Source: a virus
Direction: 5' to 3' (one strand)
Length of the DNA stretch: 43,985 nucleotides
Virus record (IMG/VR): IMGVR_UViG_3300043406_000109
Location: 1 to 43,985 of that record
Below, piece by piece: positions 18,031 to 25,445 of the stretch (its first letter is position 1; every line of letters begins with the position of its first letter). Both the position numbers and the translations under genes were made by a program. The notes under the pieces were generated by a model, which saw only the letters and a list, made by a program, of their open reading frames with translations, was not told the origin of the DNA and ran no database searches.

Positions 18031-19331
18031 TTGGAATCCTCCGGGGGTTGTACTGCGCCGTCCTCAATGATGATCGCGGGGGCGGTGTCCTTACCGACCA
18101 CCTCCAGCCACACCTGCAAATTGTGTTCCTGTGCCAGTTGCGCCAACAACGTGCGCGCGTCGACGTCCAACAGGGATCCTTCGCGGACGATCATCACGCG
18201 CAACCCCGGGTTCGTGGCCGCTCCCATGAGCACGGAGGAACGAAGGCGCACACTGGCGGCGGCCTGTTCGTAGGGCAGGCCGTCGATCGTCACGCCGTCC
18301 TTCGTGAACGACATGCCCGGCACCGGGAACTTGGCGGCGGCCAGCTTCGTTTCCTTGTCCTTGGCCAAGTGTTCAAGGGCGGCCGTCAATTCCTCCGCCT
18401 TCGCGGACAGATTGCGCGCGTCCTGTGCTTTCCGCCCGCGGGCCACGTTCTCCGCCACTCGGCGGTTGTGCGCACGGGCGGCCTCCAGCTTCGTGGCCAC
18501 GTCCGCCGGATCCGTGCGCGGGGCGCGGTTTGCCGCCTCGCGCGCCTGTGTCGCGGCGTCCTCCCGGGCCTTGACCACGTTTCGGCCGGCGACAATGCGC
18601 GCATCCAGCGTGGCGAGTTGGTGCGCGACCTGTTCGCGCTGGCGCTGGAGTTCGCCAAGGAACACCCGATGGTTCTCCGCCTCGTGTTCGACGCCGAGCG
18701 CAGCGGACACGAGCTTGCTTGCCTCGTCGTTCACCGCGTTGGCGTCCGCCATGGCGGTTTCCAGCGGGCCAAGGTCCACGGCCGTGCGCGCGTCCGGGTG
18801 AAGCGGCATCGCTTCGGCCTCCACGCGCACGCGCTCGGCGTCGCGCTTCACGTCGCGCCGTTCGGCGAACAGTTTCGCGGCGTCGTCGTCGTGTTCCGTG
18901 AAGTCCAGTCCAACGAGTTGTTGCACGAACTCCAGCCGGCGCCGGGCGTCCATGCGGTCGAACGACAGCGGATCGAACACGGCTTTGCCCGTCAGCCGGT
19001 CAAGGAACTGTTGCGGCCCGGTCACGAGGTGCCCTTTCCTGTCGCGGATGATCAGTTCCGTGGCGCCATCCTCGCGCAGCGTGCGTTTGATCATCGTGCC
19101 ATCGTCCAGCGTGAGAATGATCTTCCCATACCGCTCGCCCCGGCGCACCGGGATGGCGTCGACCGCATCCTTGCCCCCGAGGGCGTAACAGATGGAATCC
19201 AGCACACTGGATTTCCCCTGTCCGTTGCGGCCGGCGATGGTGACGAGTGCCCCGGTGGGCGTGATGTGGACGGCGCGCAGACGTTTGATGTTCTCCGCGG
19301 TGAGTTCGACGATGTGGTGGTTTGGATTCAT
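18027..19331 (-). CDS. SMC/SbcC(Rad50)-like ATPase with a coiled-coil insert (434 aa)
   Basis: ATG 19331 ('MNPNHHIVELTAENIKRL'). Walker A 'GRNGQGKSS'. Long Ala/Glu/Arg-rich helical middle. C-terminal 'RVMIVREGSLLD' is Walker B/D-loop-like. Confidence 0.7.
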   Translation of the reverse strand: MNPNHHIVELTAENIKRLRAVHITPTGALVTIAGRNGQGKSSVLDSICYALGGKDAVDAIPVRRGERYGKIILTLDDGTMIKRTLREDGATELIIRDRKGHLVTGPQQFLDRLTGKAVFDPLSFDRMDARRRLEFVQQLVGLDFTEHDDDAAKLFAERRDVKRDAERVRVEAEAMPLHPDARTAVDLGPLETAMADANAVNDEASKLVSAALGVEHEAENHRVFLGELQRQREQVAHQLATLDARIVAGRNVVKAREDAATQAREAANRAPRTDPADVATKLEAARAHNRRVAENVARGRKAQDARNLSAKAEELTAALEHLAKDKETKLAAAKFPVPGMSFTKDGVTIDGLPYEQAAASVRLRSSVLMGAATNPGLRVMIVREGSLLDVDARTLLAQLAQEHNLQVWLEVVGKDTAPAIIIEDGAVQPPEDSK

Positions 19332-19651
19332 GGTTGTGGAACAAAGGTGTGTTGCTGGCCGAAGATCACGAGTTGGTCCAACACGCGGCCGTTGGTGAGG
19401 CCACAGGCGGTTTGCCACGCTTCGATCGCGGCGAGCGTTTCCGGGCGCACGAGCGGCCCGCCATTGAGCCGGACCGTGCCAATCTTCGTGGTGGGCAGGA
19501 CACGTCCGAGGCATGGGTGATGCCGCGGGCGCATGCGCGCGTCGTGATCCGCGATCATCCGCGCCACGGCGCGGCCTACGCGCGTGGGGATTTTCGTGCG
19601 GGTGGGTTTGTCGGGCATCGGCTCAATCGTCGTGAGGGTTGGGGAGTTCAC
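19328..19651 (-). CDS. Hypothetical protein (107 aa from GTG 19651; alternative ATG 19618 gives 96 aa)
   Basis: The stop overlaps the ATPase start (ATGA). The start codon is ambiguous. Confidence 0.5.
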   Translation of the reverse strand: MNSPTLTTIEPMPDKPTRTKIPTRVGRAVARMIADHDARMRPRHHPCLGRVLPTTKIGTVRLNGGPLVRPETLAAIEAWQTACGLTNGRVLDQLVIFGQQHTFVPQP

Positions 19652-19802
19652 TGAGGGGACACGAGGGCGCCCGGCCTTCCGTGCGCAGTTCTTCGATCAC
19701 CGCGGGATCCGGCGGCCGGTACTCGGGTACGATCGTACCGGCGGCCCGCATCCGGGCCTGTTGCATCGCCAGTTCGCACATCGCGCGGCCGTAGCTGTTC
19801 AC
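19623..19802 (-). CDS. Small hypothetical protein (59 aa, GTG start); contains the 20-mer GTAC repeat
   Basis: GTG 19802 overlaps the upstream TGA (GTGA). Translation '...RMRAAGTIVPEYRPPDPAVIEEL...'. Confidence 0.45.
   Translation of the reverse strand: MNSYGRAMCELAMQQARMRAAGTIVPEYRPPDPAVIEELRTEGRAPSCPLSELPNPHDD
19719..19738. repeat. 20-mer GTACTCGGGTACGATCGTAC, copy 1 (includes palindrome copy 2; inside a minus-strand CDS)
   Basis: Identical to 39020-39039. Flanked by the 9-bp direct repeat CCGGCGGCC (19709-19717 and 19738-19746). Confidence 0.9.
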
Positions 19803-20017
19803 GCGTCTTGCCAGTTGTTGGGAATCGAATTTAGCAGCGTTTCCCCTGAGCGTGGCTTGGCGGCGTGGTCGATGGCCTCGGAGTAATGGTAACGGGAGCA
19901 CACCAAGCGCAGATAAACCCGGCCGCCGGGTGTTTCGACTGCAAGCCTTGTGCCCGGTCCCGGTTTCGCACGGGTGTAACCCGCACGGCCATAGATGACG
20001 AACGATTTTGTTTTCAT
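19799..20017 (-). CDS. Small hypothetical protein (72 aa)
   Basis: ATG 20017 'MKTKSFVIYGRAGYTRAKPG...'. Its stop is coupled to the next start. Confidence 0.5.
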   Translation of the reverse strand: MKTKSFVIYGRAGYTRAKPGPGTRLAVETPGGRVYLRLVCSRYHYSEAIDHAAKPRSGETLLNSIPNNWQDA

Positions 20018-20029
20018 GGGAAAGAGTGC

Positions 20030-20245
20030 TCAGGGCCGAAGCTCGCAAAAAACCCACTGGCCCTTCGTGTGGGCTGTGCGGGCAACTTTAATTTCGCGGC
20101 CCAACGCTTTGTTGACGTCGGCGAGTGCCCGCGGTTCACCCGGGATCAACCGGCCTTTTTTGTGGCTTGAAGTTTGACCCTGTTCGATGCGTGTGCGGAA
20201 GGCGTATTTGGAACGCCGGTGCTTTAGGTATTTGGTGGATTTCAT
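20030..20245 (-). CDS. Small basic hypothetical protein (71 aa)
   Basis: ATG 20245 'MKSTKYLKHRRSKYAFRTR...', in frame with track ORF 20030-20677. Preceded by an 86-nt gap that contains a hairpin. Confidence 0.4.
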   Translation of the reverse strand: MKSTKYLKHRRSKYAFRTRIEQGQTSSHKKGRLIPGEPRALADVNKALGREIKVARTAHTKGQWVFCELRP

Positions 20246-20331
20246 GGGAGAGAGATCCCGGGGGCGGGGAGCGGCGCGAAGGCCGGGGCGAACGGCACGG
20301 ACGCGCGAGACGTTCCGCCCCCGGGGAAGAT

Positions 20332-20952
20332 TCAGGGTTGCAGCAACAGACGGCCACTGTCCGCGGCCTTCAGGAGTGCTCCCGGTTTTGTGTCGATCTC
20401 GTGAAGATCCAGCGCAATGCGCTGGATGGCCACCACGAGGCGGGCGAAAAACGCCTCGCGCTGTTCGGACCACGGCAGGCACGTGGAACGATTTGACGAG
20501 GGGGTGGCTCGCCACGGGGACGCCTTGCTGCCGGGCGGGTCCGGAATCGTGGAATCCAAAAGCACATACTTGAACGTGGTCTTGCCGTTCAACGTGATCT
20601 TTTGTTCGGTGGCAACGGAGGCGCACACCTCCACGGCGTGGCCATCGACGAAGGACATTGATTTCGAGAGCAGGCATTTCCCCGTTTGCTCGTCCATCAC
20701 GTAGGCGTTGGCGTGGAACCGATAGAGGATCACCTTCGATTCCACCGTGGCGGCGGCCGTGTAATCAGTGTTCGCGGTGTTCCACAAGGCCAACACCGCG
20801 GCCAGCCGGTCCGCGCGCACGTTGTCGCATCCCAATACGGCGGCCCATTCTTCGGGCAGGCTGATTGTGAATCCGCCGTTGGGGTTGAACTTCACGACGC
20901 GCCGGAAATCGCGGCCGTTGATCCTGAGAGTGTCTGTCTTTACGGTTGGCAT
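20332..20952 (-). CDS. Hypothetical protein (206 aa)
   Basis: Clean ORF from ATG 20952 in the minus-arm gene series. No motif recognised. Confidence 0.65.
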   Translation of the reverse strand: MPTVKTDTLRINGRDFRRVVKFNPNGGFTISLPEEWAAVLGCDNVRADRLAAVLALWNTANTDYTAAATVESKVILYRFHANAYVMDEQTGKCLLSKSMSFVDGHAVEVCASVATEQKITLNGKTTFKYVLLDSTIPDPPGSKASPWRATPSSNRSTCLPWSEQREAFFARLVVAIQRIALDLHEIDTKPGALLKAADSGRLLLQP

Positions 20953-20991
20953 GTTGGTTTTGGTTGGCGAAGGCGTTCATCGCGGAGCCGT

Positions 20992-21240
20992 TCACGGGTG
21001 GGGCATCGCTCGCGTGTGGGCAACCCCCTTGGTTGCTTTTGGTTGGTTTGACTCCGACCACTGCCGGGGAAATTCCATCGCTTGCACGACCGTGCCACTC
21101 TCGCGCATCGCTCGCACTACCGCGTCCAACTCCGCCCACACGCACCCAGTGACGGCCACGGTGATGCGCCCGGCGCCCGGGGCATGCACTTCGCGGGCGA
21201 GCGTGAACACGGCCCACAGGAAACGGGCGCGCAGCGTCAC
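20992..21240 (-). CDS. Hypothetical protein (82 aa, GTG start)
   Basis: GTG 21240 overlaps the upstream TGA (GTGA), the coupling pattern used throughout this genome. Confidence 0.5.
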   Translation of the reverse strand: MTLRARFLWAVFTLAREVHAPGAGRITVAVTGCVWAELDAVVRAMRESGTVVQAMEFPRQWSESNQPKATKGVAHTRAMPHP

Positions 21241-21551
21241 GGACGGAGGGCCTCAAGTTCGCGCTGGAGTTGGGCGCGACGTGCGTCCCGGGCGCGACTA
21301 TCGTCGACAAGCCGGCGGAGCGACACGAGGGCGACGAGTTGCAACAGGGCCGCCGCGGACACGGCGAACAACCACGCCCACGCCGTCAGTGCCCACAGGG
21401 CCACGCCCACGGCCACGACGGTGCCCGCGGTGGTCACGCTCACCACGCGGCGATGCGCCCGCTGTTGCTCGCGGCCTTGGCGGCCTTCGCGATAAAGGGC
21501 GCACGCCAGCAAGTGGCGTTCGCGCGTTGTTCCGGTGGGGTCAATGCTCAT
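21237..21551 (-). CDS. Membrane protein (104 aa, 1-2 TM helices plus a charged helical tail)
   Basis: 'VVAVGVALWALTAWAWLFAVSAAALLQLVALV' followed by 'RRLVDDSRARDARRAQLQRELEALRP'. Confidence 0.6.
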   Translation of the reverse strand: MSIDPTGTTRERHLLACALYREGRQGREQQRAHRRVVSVTTAGTVVAVGVALWALTAWAWLFAVSAAALLQLVALVSLRRLVDDSRARDARRAQLQRELEALRP

Positions 21552-21614
21552 GGGGTGGCGTTGGTGGGACTGCTATCCCCCGGGCGCCCGTGCCCCCGGG
21601 GGAACGCGGTCACA

Positions 21615-22754
21615 TCAGTTCGCGGCCGTTTCCACGCTGCGCAGGATCTTGCCCGCGCGCGTTTCCAAATCCACCCGTGCGTCCAGATAGTCGAATCCGC
21701 GCGCGTATGCCGTCAGGCCTTGCACGAGATCCCACACCGTGGCGCACTGGCCCTCCTCCGCCTTGGCGAAGTCGACCGCGGATTTCAGTTCCGCCCGGGT
21801 GATGTTGAACTTCGCCGCGAACGACAGGCGATCATCGTCCGCGGACGGCAGGGCCTTCGCCATGGCCGCGCGGATGGTGGTTTCTTCCGTGATCGCGGAA
21901 GACTCCATGTATCGGTTGAGCACGGGCGTGGCCTCCAAGTCGAAGCGCGAAGGACCGCCGGCCGTGTGACGGATGAGCAACTGATTCACGTCCCGGGCGC
22001 CGTAAATGATGTGGTTTCCACAACATTCGTTGAAAAGGAACGTCGTCAGTGAGAACGTGGCCGCTCCCACCTCAGAGTTTTTCACGATGAACCCGCGGTT
22101 CAACTGCGCTCGCGGGCCAACGTCCAACCGGGATCCGCCGTCGATCATAAACATGAACACGTCGCGGTCACTGGCATAGAGGCCGGCCGGCGCCGTCGTG
22201 GTGCCCGAGAACTGGCCGGCGGAATAGGCCTTCGGATTGTAGAACTTGCCCCCGGACCGTTCGACGAGCCGGGCCACGCCGTCGACCACATCGGCGTCCC
22301 AAATGCGCCCATATTTCGTGGACGTGACCGCCTGAAGCGTGTTGAGCGGATCCAAGTTGGACACATCGGTGTTTTCCGCGGCCTGAGTCATAAACTTGAC
22401 CGCCTCCCGCGGCGTGTTTCGGATCCCGTGATTGAGGTTGTCCACGAGCAAGTCCGTGGGGAGCTTGCGCAGATACGCGGCCGGCGCACCGATCAAACCC
22501 GCAATCTGGCCGAAGGCCCAGTGTGACGGCGTGCACGCCGAGATCGCGTGATTGATCACGAGGGATCCATCGCCCCGTTCCGCGAAACTCACCCGGTCGC
22601 TGTCGAGATCGACGGACCGCGAGCGCATCCGGCGCCCTTTCACCTTCGCGGACAATTCCGCCAGCGTTTGGAAACGCTGATCCGCCGGCCGGCTCGCCCA
22701 CTCGCGCGAGGCCTGCATGGAGTCGAAGGAACCACTGATGTTTGACGTTTGCAT
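21615..22754 (-). CDS. DUF932-like (phage/plasmid TIGR03299-type) protein, first gene of the minus arm (379 aa)
   Basis: 'NSEVGAATFSLTTFLFNECCGNHI...LLIRHTAG' matches my recollection of the DUF932 signature (NSHDGS...RxVCxNT...RHT). Confidence 0.65.
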   Translation of the reverse strand: MQTSNISGSFDSMQASREWASRPADQRFQTLAELSAKVKGRRMRSRSVDLDSDRVSFAERGDGSLVINHAISACTPSHWAFGQIAGLIGAPAAYLRKLPTDLLVDNLNHGIRNTPREAVKFMTQAAENTDVSNLDPLNTLQAVTSTKYGRIWDADVVDGVARLVERSGGKFYNPKAYSAGQFSGTTTAPAGLYASDRDVFMFMIDGGSRLDVGPRAQLNRGFIVKNSEVGAATFSLTTFLFNECCGNHIIYGARDVNQLLIRHTAGGPSRFDLEATPVLNRYMESSAITEETTIRAAMAKALPSADDDRLSFAAKFNITRAELKSAVDFAKAEEGQCATVWDLVQGLTAYARGFDYLDARVDLETRAGKILRSVETAAN

Positions 22755-23688
22755 GTTTTGAGACGGTCAAACCAGCCGGACACGGCAGGACGTGGCCCCG
22801 GGAATTTCCGGGGTTGCTCGCCCGGTGCGCGGTGGTTCAAACCGGCCCCCAAGAACTCAGGAACACGCACGCCGTGCAAGCACGGATCCGCCCCAACGCG
22901 TTGCACCGTCCAACAAATGCGCCTTGCGCCCTCCCACCCCACGCCCCACACGTGTTTCCGCATGAGGTTCAAACCCCCCGGGGAGGTGTGATCTCTGATC
23001 CGCTCCCCGGGGTGTACCCCATAGGGTAAAATACTTCAGCCCCACCCCACGCCGTGGTTGACACGTCGCGACGTTGTTCACAGGTTGTGCACACGATTGT
23101 CCGAGAAACTTTCGCCCCCCGGGATGCGCAATGCCCACCGTTTCGATTTGCGCAGGCCCGGGGGTTTTCCTTTTGGTGCCCCAGTCTTCTCGGACAATCG
23201 CACGTGCGCGAAACACGCTGGCACGCCCTCCGCCCCCTTGAAGCTGGCCACGCCAGTGGGGACCGCGAGGTGATCACAGTCCCGGGCCTGCCCACCACCC
23301 CGGGTTCAATCATGGCCGCCACAAGCGGGAGGCCGTGACGCGCACGGATCCGCCGTGCACCGGGAATCGGTCCAATGCTGCCGGCATGCGTCACGGACAA
23401 CGTGCACACGCATACGCACACCGGAGCCGTAACGCTCCCACCTCAACCCCCACCGGGGTGAGGTGTGCCCGCACCGCTCCCGGATCCGGTACGCTCGCGC
23501 AGCGTGCCGGACAGTGTACGCCAGTGCGTAGCAAACGCCGGATGCAGAAACGATCGTGTACGCGTGCCCCGTGCTCCGTGTCCGGGGTGGGGGGTACGGG
23601 GGGAGGCCGCCCCGTCGTGTCCGCGTCCGTGCACCGTGCAACGGTGCCCGCGTTGCGCGGGGAAAGTGGCCGGCTGAGAGTGCCCGCG
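22755..23688. promoter_or_regulatory. 934-bp non-coding divergent control region between the two arms (promoters, origin or structured RNA candidates)
   Basis: No convincing ORF in a genome where genes otherwise overlap. Dense in CCCCGGGG-type hairpins, an exact 13-mer direct repeat, and GGTTCAAACC repeats. Confidence 0.6.
22933..23053 (+). repeat. Pair of exact 13-mer direct repeats CCCACCCCACGCC (22933-22945 and 23041-23053)
   Basis: Read directly. Spacing is 108 bp. Each copy is followed within 15 nt by ACACGT. Confidence 0.8.
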
Positions 23689-23979
23689 ATGAACTCATTC
23701 GATGAAAGCGTTTCGGCCGCACACATTGCCGAACTGCAACAGCAACTCGTGGACGTGACGCGCGAGCGTGACGCCCTGTTGGCAAAAGTGAACGCACACC
23801 CGCGGGCCTTGCTGGACGCGGCGTTGACGGTGCGCGAGAAATTGAAACCGTGTGTCGACGCACTGCGCGCGATACGCAACAACGTGGACGTATCCACAAT
23901 CCGCAACACCGGGCCAGTGACCGCGCGTTGGACGGAACTGAGCCAACGGGCGGACCGCGCATTGGAGGTGCTCAAGTGA
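23689..23979 (+). CDS. Small coiled-coil protein, first gene of the plus arm (96 aa)
   Basis: ATG 23689 'MNSFDESVSAAHIAELQQQLVDVTRERDALLAKV...', in frame with track ORF 23335-23979. Confidence 0.6.
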   Translation: MNSFDESVSAAHIAELQQQLVDVTRERDALLAKVNAHPRALLDAALTVREKLKPCVDALRAIRNNVDVSTIRNTGPVTARWTELSQRADRALEVLK

Positions 23980-24173
23980 ACGCCAAGGATCCCGCGCGCG
24001 GCATGGACGTGCGCACGCTCGCCGTGATCACGGCCGCGCGTGATCGCCTGTTTCGCCAGTGCCACACTGGCCGGATGACGCAAGCGAAGTTCCGCCGGAT
24101 CAACGAACGCACCGGCGCCGTGTCCGCGATGCGCCACCTGTGCGGCGTTACGCTCCCGGAGGTGTCGCCATGA
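23976..24173 (+). CDS. Small hypothetical protein (65 aa, GTG start)
   Basis: GTG 23976 overlaps the upstream TGA (GTGA). An alternative ATG lies 9 codons downstream. Confidence 0.45.
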   Translation: MNAKDPARGMDVRTLAVITAARDRLFRQCHTGRMTQAKFRRINERTGAVSAMRHLCGVTLPEVSP

Positions 24174-24541
24174 ACGCGCACACGCTGCCGGCCTTGCCTC
24201 CCGGGTGGCACTGGGAACGGTCGACCGGTTGGCTCGTGGATCCGGACGGCGTGGTGCGTTACATGTACGACGCCACCGGCCGGGTTGACCGGGCCAAGGT
24301 TGCGCTGTGCATGAGCAACCACGGATTCGCGGACCACGCGGAGTGGTGGCGCACTGGATCCGCTCCCATGGCACTGGCCACGCCGGAACCCTCCAAGCTC
24401 ACGGTGGCGGCAACGCGGTTGCTCAACGCCGTTGACGCCGTTGACGCGATTGGCCTGCGTTTGGATTTGCTCCCGGGCAAACGCGTGCACGAACTCCGCG
24501 AGGCCGCGAACGCATTGCGCGACGTTTTGCCCGCGATGTAG
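24170..24541 (+). CDS. Hypothetical protein (123 aa)
   Basis: ATG 24170 overlaps the upstream TGA (ATGA). 'MNAHTLPALPPGWHWERSTGWLVDPDG...'. Confidence 0.55.
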   Translation: MNAHTLPALPPGWHWERSTGWLVDPDGVVRYMYDATGRVDRAKVALCMSNHGFADHAEWWRTGSAPMALATPEPSKLTVAATRLLNAVDAVDAIGLRLDLLPGKRVHELREAANALRDVLPAM

Positions 24542-24559
24542 TCGCGGGGTTCATCAGCC

Positions 24560-24594
24560 GGCCCGGGTGGCGTGCATTACCACGCTCCCGGGCC
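24560..24594 (+). terminator. Strong hairpin, possible terminator or attenuator
   Basis: About 14-bp stem GGCCCGGG(T)GGCGTG / CACGCTCCCGGGCC with one bulge and a 6-nt loop. Followed by GTGCTGTTTCTG, a weak T tract. Confidence 0.4.
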
Positions 24595-24647
24595 GTGCTG
24601 TTTCTGAAGGTTGACAGTCGGGCCCCACAATCGGAGCGTGCGGGCCT

Positions 24648-25442
24648 ATGGTGCCACCTCTCACCGTGTTTGTCGTGTACTTCGCGGGGAAGGATCCGCG
24701 TTTCCGTCCGTTGCTCCGTCTGTGGCTGGAGTACTTCCAACGCTCCGGATGCCGCCTGCCGTTGCGCATCCTCACTGACGTGGCCACGGTGCGCGACCAC
24801 TCCGCCGGGCCTTGGGTTGTGGCCGACAAACTCCACGACGAAACGCGCTTGCTTGGCTTGCCGTGCACGGTGGTCGACCCTTTCGAGTTCACGGACTTGA
24901 TGCGCGAGGGCAACGCGTTCGACCGTAAGTCGGCCATCATTTGCGCCGCGTTGCCGTTCCTCCCATCGTGCGTGATCGTGGACACGGACAGCTTTTTCGT
25001 GCGCGATCCCACGGCCGCGTTGCTGGCCAACGCCGTGCACGAGTTCGCCATGGCCCCCGATGCCGGGCGCCGGATGATTCCACTGATCGGCGACATGGAA
25101 CAAAGCTCCAGCGTGATGGTGTTCGGCAAGGCCGTGGATTACGTGGCGCCGCGCGGCCTGCCGTCACTGGGCATGACGAAGGCCCGCCGGTTCTACGGGG
25201 CCGCGTATCGGCGCGCATGGCACGCGCTGGCCGATCACCCCGACGAGCAACACGGTTTGCTGTCCGACATACGCGAGCAACGCGCGTGGTCCGTGGTGCG
25301 TTTCAACGACGAGGCGCCGTTGCTGCCGGACACCCTGAATTGGTCGCGGTTTTGGGGCGACGATCACGGCCGGGCGTTGATCCATCACGCCCACGGGCGT
25401 GAGAAATGGGAGTGGCTTGCGGGCCGCGGCGTGCACGTCTGA
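24648..25442 (+). CDS. DXD-motif glycosyltransferase-like protein, paralogue A (264 aa)
   Basis: 'NAFDRKSAIICAALPFLPSCVIVDTDSFFVRDPT' (20/34 identical to paralogue B), 'EQRAWS', 'IHHAHGREKWEWL'. Confidence 0.6.
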   Translation: MVPPLTVFVVYFAGKDPRFRPLLRLWLEYFQRSGCRLPLRILTDVATVRDHSAGPWVVADKLHDETRLLGLPCTVVDPFEFTDLMREGNAFDRKSAIICAALPFLPSCVIVDTDSFFVRDPTAALLANAVHEFAMAPDAGRRMIPLIGDMEQSSSVMVFGKAVDYVAPRGLPSLGMTKARRFYGAAYRRAWHALADHPDEQHGLLSDIREQRAWSVVRFNDEAPLLPDTLNWSRFWGDDHGRALIHHAHGREKWEWLAGRGVHV

Positions 25443-25445
25443 GCC

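Noticed and set aside
22756-22980. GGTTCAAACC repeats resemble tRNA T-loops (GGTTCAAAT). Checked for tRNA genes.
   Set aside because: The flanking bases do not form T-stems (mismatches at 52:62) and no complementary acceptor stem is found about 65 nt upstream. No cloverleaf could be built. No other tRNA-like T-loops were found in the intergenic regions.
23057-23085. Sigma70-type promoter TTGACA-N17-CAGGTT, and TAAAAT at 23025-23030, as early rightward promoters.
   Set aside because: Each has only one good hexamer and the partner element is poor. The host promoter consensus is unknown. Mentioned only within the control-region finding.
22742-23421. ORFs within the 934-bp control region (22742-23029 +, 23054-23338 +, 22969-23421 -, 22857-23216 -).
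   Set aside because: They use non-ATG or weak starts, have Cys/Trp/Arg/His-rich translations and no coupling to neighbours, and they overlap the repeats and hairpins. I treat the region as non-coding, with the caveat stated in the finding.
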